From positions 352,395 to 416,394 of the forward strand of contig JAZKBU010000005.1 in NCBI GenBank assembly GCA_040388375.1: DNA of 64,000 nucleotides, given 5' to 3'. The position numbers and the translations under genes were made by a program. The notes beneath the pieces are model-generated. The model saw only the letters and a list, made by a program, of their open reading frames with translations. It ran no database searches and was not told the DNA's origin. The first letter of the stretch is position 1; every line of letters begins with the position of its first letter. The DNA comes from Bacteroidota bacterium (GTDB lineage: Bacteria; Bacteroidota; Bacteroidia; UKL13-3). Positions 1 through 9,253 of the stretch are shown piece by piece.

Positions 1-2
1 TG

Positions 3-152
3 GCTCACTACGATTTTATTTATAAAAAACACAATATAACCGAAAAGGCATTTAAAGATAATTATAACTATTATTTAGAAAACCCTGTTTTGTTGGATAG
101 CGTGTATGCGGATGTGCTGGTTAATTGCGCACAAATGCAACTGGCTAAATAG
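3..152 (+). CDS. 3'-terminal fragment of a gene running off the left edge of the window (about 50 aa, ending ...VYADVLVNCAQMQLAK*); hypothetical
   Basis: Open frame 3 runs from the window edge to TAG at 150-152. There is no start codon in the window and I recognise no family. Confidence 0.3.
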   Translation, partial: AHYDFIYKKHNITEKAFKDNYNYYLENPVLLDSVYADVLVNCAQMQLAK

Positions 153-157
153 TTGCC

Positions 158-754
158 TTATAAGGCAGTATTGGTTTGGTAGTTTTGGTGCAAAAAGGTT
201 TTCATTTTATCAAAAGCCCTTGCCCGGTGGCTAATGGTATTTTTTTCGCTTAATTCCATTTGTGCCAGCGTTCTGTTTTGGTCAACAGGCATAAAAACAG
301 GGTCGTACCCAAAGCCATTGCTTCCAATTTTTTCGGTAATAATGTTTCCGTGTAAAGTGCCTTCAAACAAAAACTCCTTACCTTCAATAATAAGGGCTAT
401 AATGGTTACAAACCTGGCCGAGCGGTCCGTTTCAGTAGCCAGATTTTTTAGCAATAAATCCATATTGTCAGAGTCGTTTTTTTGTGCGCCTGCGTAACGG
501 GCACTATATACACCGGGTGCACCTTGCAGGGCTGTTACCAATAACCCCGTATCGTCTGCAAAACAGTTTTTTTGTGTATGCTTGTATATGGTTCGGGCTT
601 TAATCAAAGCATTAGCCTCCAAAGTGGCTCCGTCTTCTATTATATCTTGCGTATAAGCTATATCGCTCAGCGATTTTACCGTAAAACCCTCACCCAACAG
701 GGCATTAATTTCCTTTACCTTGTTTTGGTTATGCGATGCAAATATCAGTTCCAT
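158..754 (-). CDS. rdgB: non-canonical purine NTP pyrophosphatase (dITP/XTP pyrophosphatase, RdgB/Ham1 family)
   Basis: The 198-aa protein shows Ham1-family hallmarks: an N-terminal FASHNQNKVKE motif, FADDTGL, and GFGYDPVF near the C-terminus. Confidence 0.9.
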   Translation of the reverse strand: MELIFASHNQNKVKEINALLGEGFTVKSLSDIAYTQDIIEDGATLEANALIKARTIYKHTQKNCFADDTGLLVTALQGAPGVYSARYAGAQKNDSDNMDLLLKNLATETDRSARFVTIIALIIEGKEFLFEGTLHGNIITEKIGSNGFGYDPVFMPVDQNRTLAQMELSEKNTISHRARAFDKMKTFLHQNYQTNTAL

Positions 755-1224
755 TAATGAATCATTTTTTTAATACCCAGGTTCCACAACTGTAATTTTT
801 GTTCCTTGTTGGTTTCATATACCATTAGCTCATCAGCCTTTAATAAATGCGTGCTTCTTATATTGGCTATCTGGTGCAGTTGCATATTCCATTTTTCCTT
901 TTCCATCCACTCATTGCAGCCCCAAACTATCATTTTAAGTGGTTTCAGGTTTACTATCAGGTTACTGATGGAAGCCCCGTCAGGTTGCTCGCTAATATTT
1001 ACCAATGCCATTTCACTTAACTCCAGTTTTAAACCCGCCTGAATGATATTATTCAGTAAATTCAATTCCGTATCAGTTAATGCTTTATCAACCAATAAAA
1101 CAAAGCGTTGTTGGTTATTCCCTTCATACTTGTATTGTATTGAATTTTGTTTTTCTTTGACCCCGAAATATTCATCGAATAATAACTCAATAAATGGGTT
1201 TTCGACTTTAATAAGTTCATTCAT
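754..1224 (-). CDS. hypothetical protein (156 aa), co-transcribed with rdgB
   Basis: The ORF is intact and its stop overlaps the rdgB start, which suggests translational coupling. No recognisable catalytic motif. Confidence 0.5.
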   Translation of the reverse strand: MNELIKVENPFIELLFDEYFGVKEKQNSIQYKYEGNNQQRFVLLVDKALTDTELNLLNNIIQAGLKLELSEMALVNISEQPDGASISNLIVNLKPLKMIVWGCNEWMEKEKWNMQLHQIANIRSTHLLKADELMVYETNKEQKLQLWNLGIKKMIH

Positions 1225-1242
1225 TATTTAAAAAAATTACAG

Positions 1243-2307
1243 ATGACAACAAGCATCAAAATTAACAAAAACACACAAACAAGAATCAATCTTTGTGATT
1301 TTAATAATATAGAGTTCGGAAAAATATTCTCCGATCATATGTTTAGGGTTGATTATGAAAATGGTGCGTGGCAAACTGGCGAAATAATTCCTTACGGAGA
1401 TATTAGTTTTTCACCTGCTTTATCGAGCCTGCATTATGGCCAAGCCATTTTTGAAGGTATGAAAGCTTTTAAAGATGAAAAAGGTAACCCGCAGTTATTC
1501 CGCCCCGATGCTAATTTTGAACGTTTTAATTTGTCAGCAGAAAGAATGGGTATGCCTACCATTCCCGAAGAACTTTTTATGGGTGGCTTAAACGAACTGG
1601 TAAAATTAGACAGAGATTGGATTCCTACCAAAGAAGGAAGCGCTTTGTACTTACGCCCGTTTATGTTTGCTACCGATGATTTTGTGGGTGTGCGCCCGAG
1701 CAATAATTACTCATTTATTATATTCTGTTGCCCCGTTAACAGCTATTACCCAAAACCAATTAAAGTAAAAGTAGAAGAAAAATATACCCGTGCTTTTGAT
1801 GGCATGGCAGGTTCAGCCAAAGCAGCCGGAAACTACGGTATAAGCATGCGCCCAACCATTGAAGCTAAAAAAGAAGGTTTTGACCAGATTATTTGGACAG
1901 ACGGACGCGAGCATAAATATGTAGAAGAGTCTGGTACCACCAATTTGTTTTTTGTGTTAAACGATAAAACAGTTATTACTCCCGCTTTAGACGGTAATAT
2001 ATTAAAAGGGGTAACCCGCGATAGTTGTATTAAGCTATTAAAAGCAGAAGGTTATACGGTAGAGGAAAGACATATTAGTATAGACGAAGTAGCTGCTGCT
2101 GCCCGTGCAGGTGAGTTAACCGATGCATTTGGAACCGGAACTGCTGCTTTAATTGCTAAAATTGAAACCATAGCTTACAAACAAGAGCGTTTTGAATTAC
2201 CTGATCCAGCACAAAGAAAAGTATCTAACTGGTTGTACAAAACCTTAGGCGAAATTCAAACTTCGAAAATTGAAGATAAATACAACTGGATAGTTAAATG
2301 TAACTAA
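1243..2307 (+). CDS. ilvE: branched-chain amino acid aminotransferase (class IV PLP-dependent)
   Basis: The 354-aa protein has the BCAT-type N-terminal FGKIFSDHMF motif and an YGQAIFEGMKAF segment. Length is typical of IlvE. Confidence 0.9.
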   Translation: MTTSIKINKNTQTRINLCDFNNIEFGKIFSDHMFRVDYENGAWQTGEIIPYGDISFSPALSSLHYGQAIFEGMKAFKDEKGNPQLFRPDANFERFNLSAERMGMPTIPEELFMGGLNELVKLDRDWIPTKEGSALYLRPFMFATDDFVGVRPSNNYSFIIFCCPVNSYYPKPIKVKVEEKYTRAFDGMAGSAKAAGNYGISMRPTIEAKKEGFDQIIWTDGREHKYVEESGTTNLFFVLNDKTVITPALDGNILKGVTRDSCIKLLKAEGYTVEERHISIDEVAAAARAGELTDAFGTGTAALIAKIETIAYKQERFELPDPAQRKVSNWLYKTLGEIQTSKIEDKYNWIVKCN

Positions 2308-2333
2308 GTTTATATTTAAACAAGCTATAAACT

Positions 2334-2368
2334 AAAAAGGCTTCCGTACCAAGTACAGAAGCCTTTTC
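2334..2368. terminator. bidirectional rho-independent terminator between convergent ilvE and a T9SS-cargo gene
   Basis: AAAAA-GGCTTCcGTAC-caa-GTACaGAAGCC-TTTT. The stem-loop has an A-tract on one side and a T-tract on the other. Confidence 0.6.
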
Positions 2369-2388
2369 TAGTTAACCAAACCCAAACC

Positions 2389-3015
2389 TTATCTTATATA
2401 TACTTTACTAACTTCTACTTTATTGTTGTTGTTAATTACTACCAAATACAAACCTTTTGGTAAATTGCTGGTATCAATATTTTTAATGTCTTCGTAGCTT
2501 TCAATGGTTGTTTTAGTAAATATATTACCATTTATATCTCTAATCTCCACATCGCTGTATGTATTGGTTTTGTTGCAAACCATAATGGCATTGTTATCAA
2601 TACCCACCGAAACCTCGTTGGCTTTTTTAGTGATGCTTTCCTGGTATTGCTCATTGCTTACATCAAGCGTGTTTTCATATATAACTCCCGGTATATCAGT
2701 TCTGCCTGCCGGTAATATGGTAACAAACGCTTTTTTGCAAATGGTATCTACTTTCGGTCCTTTCGATACAATCATTTTTACATCATATATACCAACTCTG
2801 TCGTATACGTGTGCAGGGTTAATAGAAAACTCCATTTGTCCATCGCCAAAATCCCATCTAACCCAGTCGTATTTTTCAGGATTTTCAGTTACAAAATAAA
2901 CGGTGGTTTTACCTTTAGCTACCATATTCCTGTTAGGAGTAAAGTTATGGTTTTGAGCTGAGGCATTTACTAATAAGCCAATCAAAAGTGCTGCGGTAAG
3001 GAATAATGTTTTCAT
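2389..3015 (-). CDS. secreted protein with a T9SS (Por) C-terminal sorting domain
   Basis: N-terminal signal peptide MKTLFLTAALLIGLLVNASAQ. The C-terminal roughly 70 aa (…NLPKGLYLVVINNNNKVEVSKVYIR) resembles the T9SS type-A CTD beta-sandwich. Confidence 0.7.
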   Translation of the reverse strand: MKTLFLTAALLIGLLVNASAQNHNFTPNRNMVAKGKTTVYFVTENPEKYDWVRWDFGDGQMEFSINPAHVYDRVGIYDVKMIVSKGPKVDTICKKAFVTILPAGRTDIPGVIYENTLDVSNEQYQESITKKANEVSVGIDNNAIMVCNKTNTYSDVEIRDINGNIFTKTTIESYEDIKNIDTSNLPKGLYLVVINNNNKVEVSKVYIR

Positions 3016-3333
3016 AATTGTTGTTTTTAAAATTATGAACCTTTAACGCTGCCCGTTTTCAAAAAGTTACCGCAAAAAGGGGTAATTGTACGTAAACGGT
3101 TACAATGGAAAGATGAAGGGAAAAAGGAGCCTTGTTTTTCTTTAAAAAAAGAAGGTAACAAACAGGTAAAATAATTTTATGGAAGCATTTAGGGCCACTA
3201 CAAAGGCATTTTTGGGTTATTGATAAACCACAAAACAGATATTAAACCAAGAAATAAGTTCGGTTAGAACTTTTGGATGGAAAGCTATTAAATAGAAATG
3301 TAAAATATTTTACCGAGGAGTAAATGGTATTAC

Positions 3334-3360
3334 AGCAGGTAAATACCTGCTAAGTTTTTT
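3334..3360 (+). terminator. hairpin plus T-tract, terminator-like on the plus strand, overlapping the stop codon of the minus-strand gene 3350..4606
   Basis: AGCAGGTA-aa-TACCTGCT is followed by aagTTTTTTgTTTcTTTTT. Only the plus-strand orientation has the U-tract, yet both flanking genes are on the minus strand. Confidence 0.4.
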
Positions 3361-4606
3361 GTTTCTTTTTCTTAGCGCTTGGAAACAATATATTATTTAA
3401 AATTAAGCGGTAGCCCGGTGAGTTTGGATGCAAATTTAAATCAGTAGGGGGTTCGCCTACCAAATGTTGGTAATCCTCCGGATCGTGTCCGCCATAAAAA
3501 GTCCAGGTACCTTTACCAATAGAGCCATGAATATAACGGGCCTCTTTCAGTTGTTTGTTCTCGCCCATAATCAATACCGTATTTTTAATAAACTGTTTTC
3601 TAAAAGCAGTGGTTTGTCCCATAAAACCTTTAATGGTAGGGGTATGGTTTTGGCATAACATGGTAGGTACAATGTCAGATTTAGCTGAAAACTCAAACAA
3701 AGTAAATAAGTCATTGTCCTCATTTACCGGTCTGCTTTCCGGATTTGCATCTATATAAGAGTATTCATACTCATACGGATTCATAATTAAATTATAGTCT
3801 TTAAAAGCAATAGTCTGGCTGAAATCAAGCTTGCTGTTGGCATTTTGGTCTGCAGGGTCACCATCAAACATTTGTTCGCATATATCTACTCCGTCAGCAC
3901 TCAAGGCTATATCATACGTATCGGTAGCGCTACACATGGCAAACAAAAAACCTCCGCCCATGGTAAAGTCTCTTATTTTTTTAGCCACCGCTAGCTTTAG
4001 TTCCGATACTTTTTTAAATCCGTGTTTGCTGGCCATCGATTCATTTTCTTTCACTTCGGCTTGATACCAGGCAGTATTAGCAAACTGCGCATAAAACTTT
4101 CCGTATTGTCCTGTAAAATCTTCATGGTGTAAATGGAGCCAATCGTATTTAACCAGTTTATCACCCAGTACTTCATCATCAAAAATAACTTCGTAAGGTA
4201 TTTCAGCATAGGTTAAAACCATTGTTACCGCATCATCCCAGGGTTGTTTGGTTTTAGGCGAGTAAACAGCAATTTTGGGTGCTTTAAACAGTTTAACCAA
4301 TTCCATATTCACATCCGGTTTGGCTATTTCCATTAAAATTTCGCTTACCTGTGCTTCGCTTATTACTTCGTAAGTAACACCTCTAATTTTTAATTCGCGT
4401 TCGTAAGCGGCATCGTAACTAAACATAAAGCTACCCGCTTTGTAATTTAATAACCAGTCTACTTCTATATCCTTGGTTAAAATCCAAAAAGCCATGCCAT
4501 ATGCTTTTAAATGATTTTTTTGAACCGCATCCATAGGGATTAAAATACGACCCGCAAAACTCGAAGTACTTATAAATATAAAAATTGCTAGAATGAATTT
4601 ACGCAT
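3350..4606 (-). CDS. secreted hypothetical protein (418 aa), possibly a class-I glutamine-amidotransferase-like or ThuA-like fold
   Basis: Signal peptide MRKFILAIFIFISTSSFAG. The MGGGFLFAMCSATD segment resembles a nucleophile-elbow cysteine. The C-terminus is lysine-rich. Family assignment is tentative. Confidence 0.55.
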   Translation of the reverse strand: MRKFILAIFIFISTSSFAGRILIPMDAVQKNHLKAYGMAFWILTKDIEVDWLLNYKAGSFMFSYDAAYERELKIRGVTYEVISEAQVSEILMEIAKPDVNMELVKLFKAPKIAVYSPKTKQPWDDAVTMVLTYAEIPYEVIFDDEVLGDKLVKYDWLHLHHEDFTGQYGKFYAQFANTAWYQAEVKENESMASKHGFKKVSELKLAVAKKIRDFTMGGGFLFAMCSATDTYDIALSADGVDICEQMFDGDPADQNANSKLDFSQTIAFKDYNLIMNPYEYEYSYIDANPESRPVNEDNDLFTLFEFSAKSDIVPTMLCQNHTPTIKGFMGQTTAFRKQFIKNTVLIMGENKQLKEARYIHGSIGKGTWTFYGGHDPEDYQHLVGEPPTDLNLHPNSPGYRLILNNILFPSAKKKKQKT

Positions 4607-5375
4607 GTTGCCTTTGTTTCAGGTCAAATATACTTTTACTCATTAACTCATACAAGGCAATTAAGTCAATATTTTGATGAAGGAGCATTTTGTGTGTATG
4701 TATGGTTTCCGTATCGTTTCTTACTGCAGCACCCGTTTGAATAAGTGCAGGGTCAAAGTTAAATGCATTATTAATACCATTGCTTACCAAGTGTTGTAGT
4801 AATTTGTAATCAATGTTTTGTTCATCCAATATTTGTTTGGTGAGTGCCAGTAAATGGTTACTGAAATTATTGCTGATGGTAGCTGCTAAATGCAAGTACT
4901 GACGTTCAATGGAACTTTTATGTAATACCTTTTTCGATAATCTATCTGCAAAAGCTTCAATAATGCGGTAGTTTTCATCCGTATTGGCTTCAATGCATAC
5001 AGGAGTATTGGTAAAGTCGGTAAAGCTATTTTTGTTTACACTTTCTATAGGCCAAAACACCGCTTTGTTTTTTACAGTACCCAACTCCTCCAATTGTTTT
5101 ATACCCGAAAAGTGAACAGCTAAACTTGCTCCAATGTTTAATTGAGTAGCTACTTCGGCAATGGCATTATCGCTTACGCATAGTAAATACAAATCAACAT
5201 GTGTAGGAATTTCATTTAAAGCAGTAAAAGAATTGACGGCATATTTAAGGCTTAATGCTTCACTCTTGGCTATAGACTTTCCGTAAATACCCACTATTTC
5301 AATATCAGTTGTTTTAACTGATTTGAGCAAGGCTTCGGCCATGTTTCCGGTTCCTATAATTACGCAATTTATCAT
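4599..5375 (-). CDS. Rossmann-fold NAD(P)-binding protein, DUF2520 / pyrroline-5-carboxylate-reductase-like
   Basis: N-terminal VIIGTGNMAEAL dinucleotide-binding motif. It overlaps the downstream gene by 8 bp, consistent with an operon. Confidence 0.6.
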   Translation of the reverse strand: MINCVIIGTGNMAEALLKSVKTTDIEIVGIYGKSIAKSEALSLKYAVNSFTALNEIPTHVDLYLLCVSDNAIAEVATQLNIGASLAVHFSGIKQLEELGTVKNKAVFWPIESVNKNSFTDFTNTPVCIEANTDENYRIIEAFADRLSKKVLHKSSIERQYLHLAATISNNFSNHLLALTKQILDEQNIDYKLLQHLVSNGINNAFNFDPALIQTGAAVRNDTETIHTHKMLLHQNIDLIALYELMSKSIFDLKQRQHA

Positions 5376-5448
5376 TGAAAAGAATTTGATTGAATGCTTG
5401 TAAAAGCGAAAGTAGTTTTAAAAACCACAACAATAAAAATATAAGCAT

Positions 5449-5481
5449 AAAAAAAGCTAAACGTTATCGTTTAGCTTTTTT
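5449..5481. terminator. bidirectional rho-independent terminator
   Basis: A perfect 10-bp stem AAGCTAAACG/CGTTTAGCTT with a 4-nt loop, flanked by A7 upstream and T4-6 downstream. Confidence 0.65.
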
Positions 5482-5501
5482 ATATAATTAACTAGTTTTA
5501 A

Positions 5502-6227
5502 TTAGTTTTTAGTAAATGTTTTCGATACGGTTTTACCATCGTCTTTAAAGCGAATAAAGTAAATACCGTTTTGTAAATCTTCAATGTTAACATTGGTTTG
5601 AGTGCCCGACATATTAACCGATTTTACTTTAACTCCTAAAATATTGTAAATATCTACCTGTATGTTTTCTTTGGTAGCATATTTTAAAATCAATTCGTCT
5701 TTAGCAGGATTCGGGTAAAAACTGAATTCTTTATTTTGTTGCGCTGTAACAGTTTTAACAGCCACGTTCCAAACTTTAGCTTCAGCTATAAAAGTATCTA
5801 CTGATTGCGTTTTAACGCTTCTAACAAGTACTTTAGCACTACCATTTCCGGGAACACCGTTTGGTTCAAAATCAATTTTAAAGCTACCTGCTACATTTTT
5901 CATTAAAGTAAAGTCGCTTTTAAAGCCAACAGTACCGCTTCCATCTATACATTTTTCCGGATCACAAACAACTACTTTCCATGTGGCAGGTACGTTTACT
6001 TCAAGTACTTCGTATTGGTAAAAAGTATCAGTAGCATCTATTGAAGTATTGTTAATTACAATATTCATATCAATAGCACTTTTTGTACTGCTACCCTGTG
6101 CTTTAATGTTTTTAGGGTTTAAAGTAAAGTTTTGAGCATTAACTACATTTGTAAGTGCAGATAAGGCTAATATAATTGTAAATATTTTTTTCATAATTAT
6201 TGCATTAAGTCTATAATATTGCCACAA
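5502..6227 (-). CDS. secreted protein with a T9SS C-terminal sorting domain
   Basis: Signal peptide, then a C-terminal …FSFYPNPAKDELILKY…NGIYFIRFKDDGKTVSKTFTKN segment typical of T9SS CTDs. Confidence 0.7.
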   Translation of the reverse strand: MWQYYRLNAIIMKKIFTIILALSALTNVVNAQNFTLNPKNIKAQGSSTKSAIDMNIVINNTSIDATDTFYQYEVLEVNVPATWKVVVCDPEKCIDGSGTVGFKSDFTLMKNVAGSFKIDFEPNGVPGNGSAKVLVRSVKTQSVDTFIAEAKVWNVAVKTVTAQQNKEFSFYPNPAKDELILKYATKENIQVDIYNILGVKVKSVNMSGTQTNVNIEDLQNGIYFIRFKDDGKTVSKTFTKN

Positions 6228-6230
6228 TAT

Positions 6231-6305
6231 TAAATAAAATAAACTTAAAAATAAACTTAAAACTTTATTAAATAAAATAAACTTAAAAATAAACTTAAAA
6301 CTTTG
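6231..6305. repeat. 38-bp tandem direct repeat (2 copies), each copy containing two adjacent 12-mers ATAAACTTAAAA
   Basis: Read directly from the sequence: (ATAAACTTAAAA)x2 - 14 bp - (ATAAACTTAAAA)x2. It lies in the divergent promoter region between the T9SS-cargo gene and aroQ. Confidence 0.85.
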
Positions 6306-6734
6306 AAACTTATCATCATAAATGGCCCAAATTTAAATTTATTGGGCACTAGGGAGCCTTCAATATACGGTTCCGATACTTTTGAAACTTATTTTAATAA
6401 ACTACAAAGTGTTTATAATAAGGATATTGAATTGTTTTTTTACCAGAGCAATGTGGAAGGAGAGCTCATCAATAAATTACATGAAGCCGGGACGGGAAAT
6501 AATAAATATGACGGAATAATTATTAATGCCGGTGCTTATACACATACATCCATAGCCATAGCTGATGCTATAGCTGCCATCAATTTAAAAACGGTGGAAG
6601 TGCATATAAGCAATGTATTTGCCCGGGAAGAATACCGCCATATTTCGTATTTAAGTAAAAACTGCGCAGGTACCATTACCGGCTTTGGCTTAAAAAGTTA
6701 TGATTTGGCTATTGATTATTTTCTAAAAAAATGA
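6303..6734 (+). CDS. aroQ: type II 3-dehydroquinate dehydratase
   Basis: 143 aa with N-terminal IINGPNLNLLGTREPSIYG and NAGAYTHTSIA motifs. Confidence 0.9.
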   Translation: MKLIIINGPNLNLLGTREPSIYGSDTFETYFNKLQSVYNKDIELFFYQSNVEGELINKLHEAGTGNNKYDGIIINAGAYTHTSIAIADAIAAINLKTVEVHISNVFAREEYRHISYLSKNCAGTITGFGLKSYDLAIDYFLKK

Positions 6735-7159
6735 CACCCGTAAAAATAAAAGTAATTACAACTGTTACTGACATGTTAAACCAGTTTAACTTAATCAGGC
6801 AATTAAGTCCTGATGTTTCAGCTGCACAATATGAAATTCTATTAAAGGACATGATTAAATGTAATTACAAACAAGCCGTTGCTTATTTAAACGAGGTGCC
6901 CATAGGTGTTTGTGGTTTTTGGATTAATACCAAAATATATTCAGGTAAATACGTGGAGCTGGACAACGTGGTAATTGACACACAATACCGCAACTACCAA
7001 ATAGGCCAACAACTTTGCAATTATGTAATACAATTGGCTACAAAAGAAGGCTGCCAGGTAGCCATGCTCGATGCTTACTTAGAAAATGAAAAGGCACACC
7101 AGTTTTATGAACGAAATGGTTTCCATAAAAAAGGTTACCATTTCATTAAAAAGCTGTAA
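6731..7159 (+). CDS. GNAT family N-acetyltransferase
   Basis: The C-terminal …QQLCNYVIQLATKEGCQVAMLDAY…FYERNGF segment forms a GNAT acetyl-CoA-binding core. It overlaps aroQ by 4 bp. Confidence 0.8.
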   Translation: MTPVKIKVITTVTDMLNQFNLIRQLSPDVSAAQYEILLKDMIKCNYKQAVAYLNEVPIGVCGFWINTKIYSGKYVELDNVVIDTQYRNYQIGQQLCNYVIQLATKEGCQVAMLDAYLENEKAHQFYERNGFHKKGYHFIKKL

Positions 7160-7162
7160 GGC

Positions 7163-9196
7163 TTACCAAATATTAACCCTTAAGCTATCAGGTACAAACA
7201 TTTTATCAGTTGGTTTTACTTGCCAAACTTCATAAAAAGCAGGTACACTTTGAAAAACACCGTTTACCCTGTATTTGGCAGGTGAGTGTACATCGGTCAT
7301 CAAACGGTTTCTCAATTGCTCGTTTCTTTGGTGACCAAGCCAGCCCAATGCATAACCTAAGAAAAAACGTTGTGCAGGTGTGTAACCATTTATAGCTTTA
7401 TTTTCCTGATAAGCTTTGGTTTTTATAAAGGCATCCCACGCAATAACAGCACCACCTAAATCGGCAATGTTTTCGCCTAAAGTAGCTTCCCCGTTTATAT
7501 GCAGTTTATCAATAGGATTAAAGTTATTGAACTGGTTAATCATTTTTTGCGCACGGCCCATAAATTTATTGCCATCCTCTTCCGTCCACCAATTAGTTAA
7601 ATTACCGTTTTTATCAAATTTTCTGCCTTCGTCATCAAAGCCATGTGTTATTTCGTGTCCAATGGTAGTAGCTCCTGCATATCCATACACAATGGCATCG
7701 TCAACATCTTCATCTTTTAGTCCCGGTATGGCAAAAATAGCTGCAGGTAATACTATTTCGTTTAAGCTTGGATTGTAATAAGCATTATAGGTTTGCGGTG
7801 TCATATCCCACGTTTCTTTATCAACGGGTTTACCAATCTTATTCATTTCATAGTTGTGCCACCAAATATTGCTTTGCAACATATTCTCTGCATAACTATT
7901 GTCTTTTATTTCCAAAGTTGATAAATCTTTCCATTTGTCGGGATAACCTACCTTTTTTTGAATAGTAGCTAATTTATCTAAAGCCTTTGTTTTGGTGGCT
8001 GAGCTCATCCAGTCCAGCTTAGTAATCCTGTTAGCTAACGATTCTTTAATGGCTTCTACTAAATCGCTGTAACGTTTTTTAGCTTTATCATTAAAATATT
8101 CTTTTACATACAATTGTCCGAGTAGTTCGCCCATTACTTTTTCCTCCACTCGTAATACGTTTTTCCATCTTGGTTTTTGTTCAGCAACTCCACTAAATAC
8201 TTTTTCAAAATCAAAGCTAGCATCAACGTAGGCTTTAGGTAAATAATCAGCCATATTGTTTACCACATTAAATGTTAAAAGGGTTTTGATGGTGTTTAAG
8301 TTTTGAGGAGTAAATATCTTATCAAAATTTTTGTAGTATTCAGGTTGTCCAACAATAACAGTATCAATTTTAGCTGTACTTATTTGTGATATGTATGTTT
8401 TTAGGTTTAAGCTTTTACTCAATGCCGCAAATTGATTTAAACCCATTTTAAAATAATTTTTTTCAGAGTCGCGGGTTGCAGCCAGTGTTTTGTGTACTTT
8501 AGCTATTTGTGTTTCCAGTGCTAGTATTTGCGCAGCACTTGCTTTTTGTATAGGGGTTTTGGTACCAATTAAATTTAATATTTTATCAATATAAAGAACG
8601 TAAGCTTCACGGATTTTTTTGTTTTCATCGTCATTGTTTAAGTAGTATTCACGCTCAGGTAAGTTAAGTCCGCCTTGCCAAAACTTTAACACAACAGAGC
8701 TGCTGTTTTTATCATCCTGGCTTACATAACTGGCTATAAATTGTTGTATTCCGTGCTTTTCAAGCAAAGCCATACAGCTCACTAAATCATTGTTATTTTT
8801 TATGTTAGCAATGGAGTCTAATAAAAACTGAATTGGAGCAATGCCTGCTTTTTCAATGGCTAAGGTGTCCATAGCAGTACGCCAGAAACTGCCTATTTTT
8901 TGGTTTACAGAACCTTTTTCTGCTTTTTCTTTGGCCGCATCTTCATTTATTTTTTTAAGTCTATCAAGGTTTTCTTTATAAACCATATTGCCTATGCCCC
9001 AAGCACTTTCCTCTTTGGGAATAGGGTTGTTTTTTATCCAGTTGCCATTGGCAAAAGCAAAAAAATCATCTTGGGCTCTAACTGTTGTATCAATATTGGT
9101 GGCAGCAAAATCAGTATTAGCAGATTGGTTTGAATTGTTATTGTTGCATGCGGTCAGGCATACAAACACAGGAATAATAAGGGCAAATTTTCTCAT
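7163..9196 (-). CDS. M13 family zinc metallopeptidase (neprilysin/PepO-like), lipoprotein
   Basis: Lipoprotein signal …VFVCLTAC, the HEITHGFDD zinc motif, and a 677-aa length typical of M13 peptidases. Confidence 0.85.
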   Translation of the reverse strand: MRKFALIIPVFVCLTACNNNNSNQSANTDFAATNIDTTVRAQDDFFAFANGNWIKNNPIPKEESAWGIGNMVYKENLDRLKKINEDAAKEKAEKGSVNQKIGSFWRTAMDTLAIEKAGIAPIQFLLDSIANIKNNNDLVSCMALLEKHGIQQFIASYVSQDDKNSSSVVLKFWQGGLNLPEREYYLNNDDENKKIREAYVLYIDKILNLIGTKTPIQKASAAQILALETQIAKVHKTLAATRDSEKNYFKMGLNQFAALSKSLNLKTYISQISTAKIDTVIVGQPEYYKNFDKIFTPQNLNTIKTLLTFNVVNNMADYLPKAYVDASFDFEKVFSGVAEQKPRWKNVLRVEEKVMGELLGQLYVKEYFNDKAKKRYSDLVEAIKESLANRITKLDWMSSATKTKALDKLATIQKKVGYPDKWKDLSTLEIKDNSYAENMLQSNIWWHNYEMNKIGKPVDKETWDMTPQTYNAYYNPSLNEIVLPAAIFAIPGLKDEDVDDAIVYGYAGATTIGHEITHGFDDEGRKFDKNGNLTNWWTEEDGNKFMGRAQKMINQFNNFNPIDKLHINGEATLGENIADLGGAVIAWDAFIKTKAYQENKAINGYTPAQRFFLGYALGWLGHQRNEQLRNRLMTDVHSPAKYRVNGVFQSVPAFYEVWQVKPTDKMFVPDSLRVNIW

Positions 9197-9253
9197 AAAA
9201 GTGGGGCAATATACTTTTAAAAAGAAAAGCGGATTTTATATTTTTTTGAGCGG

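Noticed and set aside
234-497. Plus-strand six-frame ORFs lying antisense inside well-supported minus-strand genes. Examples are 234..497, 572..757, 806..1231, 2504..2899, 3464..4064, 7210..7965, 8900..9257, 19305..20825, 23485..23727, 25625..25903, 35666..36103, 52138..53060, 54045..54670 and 61134..61827
   Set aside because: They are fully embedded in longer ORFs with clear family assignments on the opposite strand. Their composition is low-complexity or hydrophobic, typical of AT-rich antisense frames, and they lack recognisable motifs.
6231-6305. Considered whether the tandem repeats could be a CRISPR array
   Set aside because: There are only two 38-bp units, they are directly adjacent with no unique spacers, they are extremely AT-rich, and no cas genes are nearby. 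It is an iteron-like or promoter repeat instead.
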